39,051 nucleotides of DNA from Cyanobacteria bacterium P01_D01_bin.156 (GCA_039024555.1 JBCCQQ010000060.1:1-39051), one strand, 5' to 3'; counted from the stretch's first letter, positions 25,965 through 36,100 are shown. The notes: generated by a model from the letters alone, not told the origin. Numbers and translations are program-made.

Positions 25965-26636
25965 CTATAGCGATTCTGGATTTACGCCTAATTCTTTGAG
26001 TTTTTTCTCCAATGCCTGAATCCGCTGCTGGTCCGCCTGTCTCAGTTCTCGTTCCGTCGCTAATTGTTCACCCAACTCCACATAAGTCAAAAACCGCTCC
26101 CCATCAGGCCGATAAATCTCTAACGTATCTTCCGTTAGCTCAAACCGAATAGTTAACCTAGGACTGATCCAGCCGTGCATCTCACCAATCAACTGCAGAG
26201 CCGTTGCCGAACGCTCAAATCCTATCAGTTCATTATCATCCGGGTCATAAATGTAATACTCCTCGACGCCATATTTCTGATAGAAATTTAGTTTCCGCAG
26301 CATCTCCCCATGCCGATTACCTGGTGACAGAATCTCAAACACCACCTGGGGGGCAATACCATCTTCTACCCACTGACGATAAGAGCCTCGATCTCCTTTC
26401 GGACGACTAATGACCACCATGACATCCGGAGCCTGCCGTCGTTTTGGTTCACCTTCTACTGGATACCAAAGTAAATCCCCAGCGACAAAAACATCGGCAT
26501 CATTCGCAAATAGCCGTTCCAAATTTTCCTTGATCACCACGATCCAACGGAACTGCTTCGTATGGTTCGCTATTAGTTGCCCATCGCTATCAGGGTACTG
26601 TTCGGGTTGGCTATCGGAGATTAGCTGCTGAATCAT
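25965..26636 (-). CDS. Uma2 (DUF820) family putative endonuclease
   Basis: YPDSDG, FVAGDLLWYP, APDVMVV, PQVVFEILSPGN, YGVEEYYIYDP. Confidence 0.93.
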   Translation of the reverse strand: MIQQLISDSQPEQYPDSDGQLIANHTKQFRWIVVIKENLERLFANDADVFVAGDLLWYPVEGEPKRRQAPDVMVVISRPKGDRGSYRQWVEDGIAPQVVFEILSPGNRHGEMLRKLNFYQKYGVEEYYIYDPDDNELIGFERSATALQLIGEMHGWISPRLTIRFELTEDTLEIYRPDGERFLTYVELGEQLATERELRQADQQRIQALEKKLKELGVNPESL

Positions 26637-26708
26637 TGATTGGCCTCAAAATTAGCCATTGCCTGCATGATAGCTAAAATAGTTCCATCGGAAGTGGTCT
26701 AAATCCCT

Positions 26709-27338
26709 GTGGCCTACAGTCAGTTCAAAACTATCAGCAGCGTTAAGACCGCCTTTGACCTGACCGTGGTTGAAGGAAAACGATTTTTGCCGGAACTGGC
26801 AGGGATTTCCCCATCGCCTATGCTGTCAGGCTACCTCCAAGAAAGCTTGCCGATTGTCGCGATATCGGGTAGCGAAAAGGCTCGTTCTGAAGGCATCATT
26901 TACCCAGTTTTACTGGAAGTACGTCGTTATCTGGATCGTTACATCAGTTTGTTCTCTGGTGAAGAGTTTAACGTTGATGAAAGCCTTGGTCTCAATGGTC
27001 AGTGCGATTTTCTGATTACGCGCTCTACCCAAGTATTAGAGATCGAAGCACCAGCCATTATCGTAGTAGAGGCCAAGAAGACCGATCTTAAAACGGGTTT
27101 AGGACAGTGTATTGCTGAAATGGTGGCAGCCCAGCGATTTAATCAGGCTGCTGGTAAGCCTGTCTCAACGATTTACGGTAGTGTTAGCAATGGTATTCAA
27201 TGGCAGTTTTTGGCCTTGACACAATCTACCGTTACTATCGATCTGACCGTTTATGCTCTGCCGCCTATTGAGCAAATTCTTGCCTTTTTGGTTTGGATGG
27301 CCACTCAGGATAGCGAAACTAGAATTCCGTTAATTTAG
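26709..27338 (+). CDS. Cyanobacterial restriction-endonuclease-fold protein
   Basis: SEKARSE.II.PVL, GQCDFL, VVEAKK, GLGQCIAEMVAA, YGSVSNG..WQF (PD-(D/E)XK-like, HsdR-N-like pattern). Confidence 0.8.
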   Translation: MAYSQFKTISSVKTAFDLTVVEGKRFLPELAGISPSPMLSGYLQESLPIVAISGSEKARSEGIIYPVLLEVRRYLDRYISLFSGEEFNVDESLGLNGQCDFLITRSTQVLEIEAPAIIVVEAKKTDLKTGLGQCIAEMVAAQRFNQAAGKPVSTIYGSVSNGIQWQFLALTQSTVTIDLTVYALPPIEQILAFLVWMATQDSETRIPLI

Positions 27339-27940
27339 CTACGCCAGCTCAGAGCAGCGATGCCAAACCCCGTAATCAAGACTCCAAAAACTCGATTCAC
27401 CCAACTTAATCGCTCAGGCGTTAACCAGTGGCGCAGTTTTGATACCCCGCTACTCAGCATCAGCCACCACAGCGCTGACCCTAAAAACACACCACCCACC
27501 ATCACCACCGCCTGGGTATAGCCAAGGTTAGATGGAGCAAAACCGGCAAACAGCAAAATAAAGGAGAGAATCGTCGCTGGATTGGTAAGCGTTAAGCCAA
27601 ACGTAGATAAATAGGCTCCCACCAAACCAGTTTTGCTAATTTCAGCGGGTTTATCCGCAGGTTTACTCAGAAACGTTGTGATACCTAGGTAGCAAAGAAA
27701 TAGACCGCCGATGATGCCCAGCCATTTGGCCTGATCGGTCAGAAAATTAGAGACGATGGCCAGACCAAAGGCGGCCACTGCACCATACACTCCATCCGCT
27801 GTCGCGGCCCCTAGACCTGACAGTAAGCCTGCCATAGTCCCATAGGACAAACTCCGCCGAATACATAACAACCCAATGGGACCGACCGGTGCAGCAATGG
27901 CAAACCCCAATATCAACCCCCGAAAAAATAAGAAAAACAT
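27335..27940 (-). CDS. LysE family amino-acid exporter
   Basis: GFAIAAPVGPIG, GLGAATAD, LTLTNPATIL, GVFLGSALWW. Confidence 0.93.
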   Translation of the reverse strand: MFFLFFRGLILGFAIAAPVGPIGLLCIRRSLSYGTMAGLLSGLGAATADGVYGAVAAFGLAIVSNFLTDQAKWLGIIGGLFLCYLGITTFLSKPADKPAEISKTGLVGAYLSTFGLTLTNPATILSFILLFAGFAPSNLGYTQAVVMVGGVFLGSALWWLMLSSGVSKLRHWLTPERLSWVNRVFGVLITGFGIAALSWRS

Positions 27941-27961
27941 GGTGATACACCTAGAATGTTT

Positions 27962-28065
27962 GTAGGGGCAGTGCCTAGTGCCTGCCCTGATCGATTGCGC
28001 CCAATATCGATCGATGATTAATTACCAACAAATCTTGAAGGGCATCCATGAGGGAGTGCCCCTGC
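27962..28065. repeat. Inverted REP doublet (REPIN-like)
   Basis: GTAGGGGCAGTGCCTAGTGCCTGCCCT (27962-27988, +) and GCAGGGGCACTCCCTCATGGATGCCCT (28065-28039, -), separated by 50 bp. Confidence 0.78.
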
Positions 28066-28074
28066 TCGCTGTCG

Positions 28075-28521
28075 TTAAACTGCCAATGCTGTAGTTTCCT
28101 TTACCGTCGATAACGCTATCGACGTTTTGGTCTGCAAAATTCCTGGCAAACCCTTAATCTCTTCACTCAAAACCCTTTCCAGGTCAGCGATCCTGGGGCA
28201 ACGCACCTTTAGCAAATAGTCCCCATCCCCGGCTACGTGGTGACATTCCTGAATCGCAGCGGTGGCCTGCACATAGTCCAAAAAGCCCTGTCGATATTGG
28301 GGATGTTCCAGCACGACTGACACAAATGCCGTCACGTCGTAGCCTAGCTCCACCGGGTCTGCTACCACTCGATACCCCTGGATAATGCCGCGCTTTTCTA
28401 AGCGGCGGATGCGATCGCTAATGGCTGGGGAAGATACCCCAAATCGGCTAGCCAAATCAGACCAGGTGACCCGACCATCCCCCATCAACGCACTTAAAAT
28501 ACGGCTATCCAGCTCGTCCAT
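28075..28521 (-). CDS. Lrp/AsnC family transcriptional regulator
   Basis: MDELDSRILSAL..DGR...LA....S......RIRRLEKRGII.GY and ECHHVAGDGDYLLKV. Confidence 0.95.
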   Translation of the reverse strand: MDELDSRILSALMGDGRVTWSDLASRFGVSSPAISDRIRRLEKRGIIQGYRVVADPVELGYDVTAFVSVVLEHPQYRQGFLDYVQATAAIQECHHVAGDGDYLLKVRCPRIADLERVLSEEIKGLPGILQTKTSIALSTVKETTALAV

Positions 28522-28826
28522 GAATTTATTTTTTAAGACTTAAGTTAATCTTATCTTTAAAAAATAAATTTTTTAGCCTTAACTTTATTCAAATTAAAAA
28601 TTTTGGCCGCAGTAGCTTAAATATATAAACTTAACTTTTTCTTGTGGAGGGTCTTGCCCCCCGATCGTCCGTTTGATCGGTCAGAATGACTACTATTAAG
28701 CAGCGTTCGCGTTGTACAACCCTGCACTACCAAATCCATATCATTGCTGCTGCAAAGAAGAATTTGCGCCATTATGCTTAGCTAACCGGTGAAGCATAAT
28801 GGCAATCTTCTGAGGATTGGCAATGT

Positions 28827-30278
28827 TTGTTCCCTTTTATGCATAAATTTCTCTCTGACGTAGTGGCGGCGGCCACGATATCTGCCGACTGGATCGGTAT
28901 TCGAGCGATTAAAGACATCACTAAATCCTCTGCCATGCGCGATGCCCACCCAGAGCGCAATAGCCAACAGTTTGGCCATGGGGCCATGGTGGAGGTGCTA
29001 GCCCAGGGCCAGTTTGGCTACAGCGCCACCAATAATCTCAGCCTAGAGGCCTTATCGGCAGCAATTGAATCGGCTTATAGCCAAGCTATTGCCGCCAGTG
29101 CCTGGTCGGTTCATCGGTTTACAACAGCTGCTAGACCGAAGGCAACCGGCACCTATGTCTCTCCACAACGAAAAGGGCTAGATGCACTCTCTCCTGGAGA
29201 ACTCAATGAGATTTTAGTGCAGGTGTGTGAACGGCTGAAGGTATCTGACAAAATTGCCCAAACCACGGCCTCTGCTAGGAGCCACGACATTGAAACCTGG
29301 TTTGTTAGCAGCAATGGGTCGAACATTTACCAGCGAGACTATCTGATCGAAACTCACTTTGGCACCATTGCTCAGGATGGTCCCACAACCCAGCTACGCA
29401 CCGACCATGGTTACCTAGCCCATAGCTACCAGGGGGGATGGGAGCTTTTCCCAGGATTGGATCTGTGGCAACGGGTGCAGCAGGTGGGGGAACAGGTGCT
29501 GGAGTTACTCCACGCGGATAATTGCCCAGACGTCGCGACCACATTGGTATTGGCTCCCGATCAGATGATGTTGCAAATCCATGAGAGCATTGGCCACCCT
29601 CTGGAGTTGGATCGCATTTTAGGGGATGAGCGTAACTATGCTGGGGGCAGTTTTATTAAGCTTGAGGACTTTGGCTCCCTAGAATACGGCTCTAAACTCA
29701 TGAACGTTACCTTCGACCCCACGGTGACTGGCGAGTTGGCTAGCTATGGGTTTGATGATGTGGGTACCCCGGCCACCCGTGAATATTTAATTCGGGCAGG
29801 CAAACTGGAGCGCGGATTAGGGGGACTGGAGAGCCAGCAACGTTCCCAGGTGCTCGGGGTGGCTAACTCCCGTGCGTCTTCCTGGAACCGTCCTGCCATT
29901 GATCGCATGGCGAATATTAATTTGGAGCCGGGGGAGCGCTCTTTTGAGGAGATTATTGCCAACATCGAACACGGCATTTTTATGGAGACCAATCGCTCCT
30001 GGTCTATCGATGACCAACGGCACAAATTTCAGTTTGGCTGCGAGTACGGCAAGCTGATTGAAAATGGAAAACTCACCCGCACCCTGAAAAATCCTAACTA
30101 TCGGTCGGTGACGCCTCAGTTTTGGCACAGTTTGTCCCAAGTGGGCGACCGCAGTACCTGGGAGATTTACGGGACTCCCTTCTGTGGTAAGGGAGAACCC
30201 AATCAGCTGATTCGAGTGGGGCACGGTGCCCCTGTCTGCGCGTTTGACAATATTGAAGTGTTTGGGGGAGCGGTATGA
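28827..30278 (+). CDS. tldD: TldD/PmbA family metalloprotease, catalytic subunit
   Basis: HESIGH zinc motif, PAIDRMANINL, SWSIDDQR.KFQFG, CGKGEP.Q; start TTG 28827 or ATG 28839. Confidence 0.9.
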   Translation: MFPFMHKFLSDVVAAATISADWIGIRAIKDITKSSAMRDAHPERNSQQFGHGAMVEVLAQGQFGYSATNNLSLEALSAAIESAYSQAIAASAWSVHRFTTAARPKATGTYVSPQRKGLDALSPGELNEILVQVCERLKVSDKIAQTTASARSHDIETWFVSSNGSNIYQRDYLIETHFGTIAQDGPTTQLRTDHGYLAHSYQGGWELFPGLDLWQRVQQVGEQVLELLHADNCPDVATTLVLAPDQMMLQIHESIGHPLELDRILGDERNYAGGSFIKLEDFGSLEYGSKLMNVTFDPTVTGELASYGFDDVGTPATREYLIRAGKLERGLGGLESQQRSQVLGVANSRASSWNRPAIDRMANINLEPGERSFEEIIANIEHGIFMETNRSWSIDDQRHKFQFGCEYGKLIENGKLTRTLKNPNYRSVTPQFWHSLSQVGDRSTWEIYGTPFCGKGEPNQLIRVGHGAPVCAFDNIEVFGGAV

Positions 30279-31621
30279 CGACAACAGCGGCGTCGACAAA
30301 AGAACAGATTTTTAGGCAGCTGTCTGAGCGGCTAGCGACTAGCTTTTCCACGGGAATTTATTTCACATTGACCTTAGCGGGTGAAGAGAGTCAATTTACA
30401 CGCTTTAATCGAGCCCGAGTCAGGCAAACGGGGCAAGTGAGCGATGGCAATTTAACGCTGACGGTGATGCAAGAGGAGAGAACAGCCTCGGCAACAGTTC
30501 CCTTTTTGGGAGAGTTTGAAGCGGATTGGTTGTTACTTAGTACGGCTCTGTCCGAGCTTCAAGCAATGGTCCCCCACCTACCCGTAGACCCGTTTGTGGT
30601 CTTACCCACAGGCTCAGCCGCCAGCCGAACGCTACACCATGGACAGATATTGGCTGCGGATGAGATCGCACCCACGTTACTCTCTCCTGTCTCCGATCTG
30701 GACTTTACAGGCATCTATGCTGGAGGTCTCATCTTTCGCGGCTATGCTGATTCGGCTGGCCAACACCACTGGTTTGAAGGCACCAGCTACAGCCTGGATT
30801 TTTCGCTTTTTGATGCTCAAGACCGAGCAGTCAAGGGGACTGTAGCCGGTAGTCAGTGGCAGCAGGAACACTTTCTCGACAAAATAAACCAAGCTAAACA
30901 ACAGCTGAACTTGTTAGGTCGCCCAGTCAAAACGATTCAACGGGGAGAGTATCGTACCTACCTAGCCCCGACAGCGGTGGCCGAACTACTCCACATGTTT
31001 TCCTGGGGCGGCGTAGGTGAAGCTGATTTGCAACAGGGTAACAGTGCGTTGTGTCTGCTACGCCAGGGCAAACGTCAGCTGTCGCCTAAGTTCACTTTGC
31101 AAGAAAATTTTCATCAGGCTAACATGCCTCGATTTAATGGCTATGGTGAAATCGCACCTATGCAGTTACCCATCATTCAGCAAGGCAAGCTGGTCAATAG
31201 TTTGGTCAGTTCCCGCAGTGCTAAGGAATATGGCATTCCATCCAATTACGCTAGCCGAGGAGAATATTTGCGGGCTCCTGAGATTTTGTCAGGTGCACTG
31301 CAAACACAGCAGATTCTAGCCACTTTGGATACGGGACTGTATCTGTCCAATTTGCACTATCTAAATTGGAGTGACCATCCCAATGGTCGAGTCACGGGCA
31401 TGACTCGTTACGCGTGTTTTTGGGTGGAGCATGGAGAAATTGTTGCCCCCATTGAAAACCTCCGATTTGATGAAAGTCTATACCATTGCTTTGGTGAAGG
31501 CTTGGTGGAGCTGACAGAGTTTCAGGAGACTATTCCTAATATTGATACTTACGATCAGCGCAGTTTGGGAGACAGCCGTGTCCCAGGGATGGTGGTCGAT
31601 GGTTTTACCTATACGCTCTAG
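30275..31621 (+). CDS. TldE/PmbA-like partner subunit
   Basis: ATGA overlap with tldD; TRFN.ARVRQ, LSNLHYLN, TGMTR, PIENLRFDES; lacks HExxH. Confidence 0.88.
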   Translation: MTTTAASTKEQIFRQLSERLATSFSTGIYFTLTLAGEESQFTRFNRARVRQTGQVSDGNLTLTVMQEERTASATVPFLGEFEADWLLLSTALSELQAMVPHLPVDPFVVLPTGSAASRTLHHGQILAADEIAPTLLSPVSDLDFTGIYAGGLIFRGYADSAGQHHWFEGTSYSLDFSLFDAQDRAVKGTVAGSQWQQEHFLDKINQAKQQLNLLGRPVKTIQRGEYRTYLAPTAVAELLHMFSWGGVGEADLQQGNSALCLLRQGKRQLSPKFTLQENFHQANMPRFNGYGEIAPMQLPIIQQGKLVNSLVSSRSAKEYGIPSNYASRGEYLRAPEILSGALQTQQILATLDTGLYLSNLHYLNWSDHPNGRVTGMTRYACFWVEHGEIVAPIENLRFDESLYHCFGEGLVELTEFQETIPNIDTYDQRSLGDSRVPGMVVDGFTYTL

Positions 31622-31823
31622 AGAATAGGTGAGTGGCAAATTGTGATGATGTTAGTGGGCAGGCTGCTCTGTAGGAAAGTATTTCTCTAGCGTCATACTC
31701 TACGCACTAGCAAGCTATGGGGGCGAATTTACTAGGGCAGCGAATTTTCTATTCCCTTCAACCAAAGTTGGCCCCTGACGAGAAAGGCCATTAGACTAAG
31801 TATGCAATATTTATGGCTCTGTC

Positions 31824-32978
31824 ATGGCAGCACAACCCTGGGGGCAATCCCAGACTGAGAATGCATCACAGCGACTAACAATTTCCTTGAGCAGTGTGGT
31901 TTTGCTGATTGCGGCCATCCCTTTATTGGTGCTGCTATGGCAGCTCAAGAGCTTACTGCTTTTGGTGATGATTTCAGTGGTGTTGGCCTGTTCCATTGCT
32001 CCCGTTGTTGATTGGGCTGAGGACTATCGGGTACCCCGTTGGCTCAGTGTCATTTTGGTATACCTGGCTTTGATCGGTGGGGTGGTCCTGTTAGGGTTGC
32101 TGATCGGTCCCACAGTATTTGAGCAAATCGAACGGATTATTCGTCGGGTGCCCCTAGCGCTGCGGGGGCTGCTCAATGAAGCGGATGCTTGGGTGACGGC
32201 GCTGACGGACACTAGCTCGTTTACCACCAATGAATTATTTACCCAGCTGATCGATGTGCAGAGTTTGGTTAGCTGGACTATCAAATCTAGTCAGCAGTTA
32301 CTGGTACGGTCCTATGGTGTTACAGCGGGTATTTTGGGCGGGGTGCTGAGTCTGGTGCTGTCGCTGTTTGTGTCGGGGTATATGGTGGCCGATAGCAAAA
32401 CCCTGACTAAGAACCTGACCCGATTATTACCCAGTCCCTGGGATGAGAGATTACTAGCCCAAATGCCGCCTATGGGGCAGCGCATCGGGGGATATTTACG
32501 GGGGCGATTTGTGGTGTCGGCCCTACTATCGGTGGCTACTAGTGTGGGGCTAAGTTTATTGGGTTTAAGGGATCTGGCCGTGGGGCTAGGTGCGATCGCA
32601 GGTGTTACAAATTTGATTCCTTTTTTAGGCCCAATTTTAGGGGCTATTCCCGCCTTATTAGTAGCCATTCCCCAGGGCGGATGGACCTTTTTATGGGTGC
32701 TGTTGCTGTATGTAGTTGCCCAAAATTTAGAAACATATATCCTTGATCCCCTATTAGTGGGGTCCTCTGTGGGAGTCCATCCCCTTTATCAGCTCTTGGC
32801 AGTTTTAGGTGGAGCCCAGGTGCTTGGGATTATTGGCGCCTTGATTGTTCCTCCATGGATCGCTGGTGGTGCGGTGTTATTGGAAAATTTATATCTGCGA
32901 CCGAAGCTAGCAACTGAGCGCCAGCAGCGACGGACTCGCTTACTCCCAGAATTAGCAGCTTTGCAAACGGATAGTTGA
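31824..32978 (+). CDS. AI-2E (PerM) family transporter
   Basis: Multi-TM; GGYLRG, NLIPFLGPILG, QNLETYILDP..VG.SVGVHP. Confidence 0.92.
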   Translation: MAAQPWGQSQTENASQRLTISLSSVVLLIAAIPLLVLLWQLKSLLLLVMISVVLACSIAPVVDWAEDYRVPRWLSVILVYLALIGGVVLLGLLIGPTVFEQIERIIRRVPLALRGLLNEADAWVTALTDTSSFTTNELFTQLIDVQSLVSWTIKSSQQLLVRSYGVTAGILGGVLSLVLSLFVSGYMVADSKTLTKNLTRLLPSPWDERLLAQMPPMGQRIGGYLRGRFVVSALLSVATSVGLSLLGLRDLAVGLGAIAGVTNLIPFLGPILGAIPALLVAIPQGGWTFLWVLLLYVVAQNLETYILDPLLVGSSVGVHPLYQLLAVLGGAQVLGIIGALIVPPWIAGGAVLLENLYLRPKLATERQQRRTRLLPELAALQTDS

Positions 32979-33620
32979 CGATTGTCCCAGTGTTTACTGA
33001 AGTAACGGGAGCCGTTGCTGATTTAGAGGATAAAACGTCCGTACCCCCGTCCCGAGTTCGGATGGGGCAGATAAAATCATCCCGAGGATTAGCAATGCCA
33101 AATAACGGGATTAGGTGAATGTCAGCATTGACCATGTATAAACTGATGAAGGCATTTATTCAGTGTGTGCCGCCGCTGTTGCTGTCTAAATCCTTTAAAG
33201 CTTCCCCATGGATTGAACGATGTACGTCTTGCTGTATATAAGGTTTCTATGAAGTGCTGATCGTCAACTATCGGAGCTGAACATTAATCAACTGATCTAT
33301 TGGCCAAATCTACGGCCTGGGAGATTTAAGTTGGGTGTCGTGGTCCTTCTTGCCCTAGGTCGGACTCAGCCTTTACCCTTAATCAGGGCGCAGTTGTGCA
33401 TTTACTAGTGGGACATCATTGTCTAGGAGAGATAAATTTTTATCTGCCTCGGTGCCAAGATGACAGTAGATCTGTCCTAATGCACTGAGCGCTCATATAT
33501 CTAATGCTCCTATAGTTAAATCCTCTATCGTTATCGTTAACTTCCTCAAAGCTGCTCCACAGGAGTATCTATGCTCATCTCGTCTTTGAGTACTCTCAAA
33601 GATGGATTTAAAAGGGAGTA

Positions 33621-35456
33621 GTGCTTTGGTCTGCCACTAGTCTGGCGAAATACTGTATGACTACTAATATTGAAATTATTATGACCCTTGGGGTGACAGC
33701 AGTTGCCCTAGTTATGTTTGTTGTGGAATGGGTGCCTGCCGATGTAACCGCATTTGGGGTAATGGTGGCCCTGATGGTTTTGGGATTGGTGACGCCCCAG
33801 GAAGGGATAGCCGGTTTTAGCAATTCTGCCACCATCACAGTGATGGCTATGTTTATTTTGAGCGGCGGTATTGCCCGCACTGGCGCCCTTCAGAAAGCCA
33901 GCACTTGGCTCATTAAGTGGGGGGGGAAAACCTGCCGTCGTCAAATCTTTGCGCTGGGGCTGATCGTGGGGCCAGTATCCGGCTTGATCAATAACACAGC
34001 GGTAGTCTCAGTATTTTTACCGATTATTGAAGACTTTTGCCAACAGCATCGAATTTCCCCATCTAAGCTGCTGATGCCCCTCTCCTTTGCGACGATTCTA
34101 GGGGGGATGCTCACTGTGGTGGGTACCTCTACCAGCGTGTTGGCCAGTGGGCTATCAGACCAATTGGGTTACGGTGATTTCTCTTTATTCCAGTTTGTAG
34201 AACTGGGGGGAGCGGTCTTTATCATAGGCCTTCTATACCTCACACTGGTTGCTCCGTTGCTGCTCCCGAATCGGGATACCTCTGGCAAAAGTTTGAGTCG
34301 AGAATATGGCCTTAAGGAATATGTTAGTGAAGTTGTAATTACCCCTCGCTCTAGTCTGGTCGGGCAAACCTTACAAACTAGTCAACTGCAGCGTCGTTTC
34401 GACCTTGATGTACTAGAAATTATTCGCAATGGTAATCACTTTCCTCAGCCGTTGGGAGATAAGTCACTCTGTGCTGGCGATATTTTGCTAGTGCGGGGAG
34501 GCCGCCACGATTTGCTAAAAGTTCGCGAAGGCGAAGGGATTGAAATTTTGCCTGATGTGCAATTTGGTCAGAAGTCATGGCAGGCGGATCTCAGTTCTGG
34601 GCAAGAAGGCGTGGCTGAGGTGCTGATAATTGCTAACTCTAATTTAGTCGGTTCCACGCTGAAGGATTTGCGATTTCGGCAGCGCTACAACGTAACTGTG
34701 CTGGCTATTCGTCGTGGTCAGGATCTGGTTCGCGATCGCATGGGTAAAGTAACCCTTAAATTCGGGGATTTACTCCTCGTGCAGGGGCCTAAGCAAAGTT
34801 TGTTGGGTTTACAAACCAGCCGCGATTTACTGGTACTGGAACAGCGCGATTTAGAAACCTTACGGTCCGATAAGGCTAACCTGGCGATGCTAATTGGCGT
34901 TGCCGTAGTAGGCGTAGCGGCATTCACCCCCATTAACATTTTGGTGACCTCCTTAGCTGGCGTCATGCTGATGATTATGACGGGCTGCTTAAAACCTGGA
35001 GAACTTTACCAGGCTGTCCGCTGGGATGTCATTTTTTTGCTGGCTTGCCTGATTCCCTTAGGGACTGCCATGGAGCGTTCTGGGGCAACTGCATGGCTAG
35101 CTCAGCAACTTATTGCCATTGGTGGGAGTCTATCAGGCTATGCCTTGCTAAGTGCGCTGTACATCCTGACTACAGTGCTATCTAGCATTTTGTCCAACAG
35201 TGCCGCTGTCATCTTGCTGTTACCTGTAGGGTTAAAAGTGGCTACAGAATTGGGTATCAATGCGTTTACCGTCATGTTTATCATCACCTTTGCCGCGTCT
35301 AACAGCTTTATGACTCCCATCGGTTACCAAACCAATACCATGGTCTATACCGCTGGGGGCTATCGATTTTTGGACTTTGTTAGGGTTGGTGGGCCTTTGA
35401 GTTTGCTTTTAGCTATGGTCACTCCACCCCTGGCCATACTGTTTTATGGCCTGTAG
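33621..35456 (+). CDS. SLC13/DASS family permease with two TrkA-C domains (probable sulfate/anion transporter)
   Basis: NNTAVV, PSKLLMPLS, GTSTS, two TrkA-C repeats, SNSAA, FMTPIGYQTNTMVY; directly upstream of cysC. Start GTG 33621 or ATG 33657. Confidence 0.92.
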   Translation: MLWSATSLAKYCMTTNIEIIMTLGVTAVALVMFVVEWVPADVTAFGVMVALMVLGLVTPQEGIAGFSNSATITVMAMFILSGGIARTGALQKASTWLIKWGGKTCRRQIFALGLIVGPVSGLINNTAVVSVFLPIIEDFCQQHRISPSKLLMPLSFATILGGMLTVVGTSTSVLASGLSDQLGYGDFSLFQFVELGGAVFIIGLLYLTLVAPLLLPNRDTSGKSLSREYGLKEYVSEVVITPRSSLVGQTLQTSQLQRRFDLDVLEIIRNGNHFPQPLGDKSLCAGDILLVRGGRHDLLKVREGEGIEILPDVQFGQKSWQADLSSGQEGVAEVLIIANSNLVGSTLKDLRFRQRYNVTVLAIRRGQDLVRDRMGKVTLKFGDLLLVQGPKQSLLGLQTSRDLLVLEQRDLETLRSDKANLAMLIGVAVVGVAAFTPINILVTSLAGVMLMIMTGCLKPGELYQAVRWDVIFLLACLIPLGTAMERSGATAWLAQQLIAIGGSLSGYALLSALYILTTVLSSILSNSAAVILLLPVGLKVATELGINAFTVMFIITFAASNSFMTPIGYQTNTMVYTAGGYRFLDFVRVGGPLSLLLAMVTPPLAILFYGL

Positions 35457-35557
35457 ACCATGCTTTCTGCTACTCTGATGTGAAGATTAGTAACGTGTAT
35501 TGCTAGTCAAATACCTATGGTTAATGACCAAATATTGAATTTTTAGGAGTATTTTTT

Positions 35558-36100
35558 ATGGAACATCGTGGCGTAACAGTTTGGTTTACTGGTCTAAGCG
35601 GTTCTGGTAAAACCACCATTAGTCAGGAAATCCAGAAAAAGTTACGAGCTGCTGGTGCCAAGCTTGAAGTACTAGACGGTGATATTGTTCGCACTAATCT
35701 CACTAAAGGGTTGGGATTTAGCAAGGAAGATCGGGATGAAAACGTTCGTCGTATCGGTTTTGTCTCTCACCTATTGACTCGTAATGGTGTGATTGTGTTG
35801 GTATCGGCAATTTCTCCCTACCGGGCTGTACGCGACCAAGTGCGTCAGCGCATTGGTGATTTTGTTGAAGTCTTTGCAGATGCACCTGTTGAAATATGTG
35901 AGGAGCGTGATGTTAAAGGTCTCTACAAGAAAGCGCGCTCTGGTGAGATCAAGAATTTCACCGGCATTAGCGATCCCTATGAAGCACCTTTAAATGCCGA
36001 GGTTGTTTGTGAGACTCACAATGAAACGCTTGAAGAATCGGTGAACAAGGTGATGGCTAAGCTAGAAGAGCTTGGTTATTTGTCTCCTGTAGCGGCGTAA
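35558..36100 (+). CDS. cysC: Adenylyl-sulfate kinase
   Basis: WFTGLSGSGKTT, LDGD.VR, LGFSKEDRDENVRR, AISPY, RDVKGLYKKAR, FTGISDPYE; AGGAG RBS. Confidence 0.97.
   Translation: MEHRGVTVWFTGLSGSGKTTISQEIQKKLRAAGAKLEVLDGDIVRTNLTKGLGFSKEDRDENVRRIGFVSHLLTRNGVIVLVSAISPYRAVRDQVRQRIGDFVEVFADAPVEICEERDVKGLYKKARSGEIKNFTGISDPYEAPLNAEVVCETHNETLEESVNKVMAKLEELGYLSPVAA

Noticed and set aside
9974..28065. Palindromic repeats as a CRISPR array
   Set aside because: Copies are kilobases apart, degenerate and in both orientations; no regular spacers or cas genes.
28827..31621. TldD/TldE as part of a RiPP/microcin biosynthetic cluster
   Set aside because: No precursor peptide, YcaO or other modification enzyme nearby; TldDE pairs are common housekeeping genes.
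32830..33135. 101-aa minus-strand ORF
   Set aside because: Overlaps the AI-2E gene antisense by ~150 bp and has no recognisable motif or RBS.
32979..33560. Riboswitch or ncRNA in the long intergenic region (small hairpin near 33045-33067)
   Set aside because: No SAM or other riboswitch consensus recognised by eye; an Rfam/Infernal scan would be needed.
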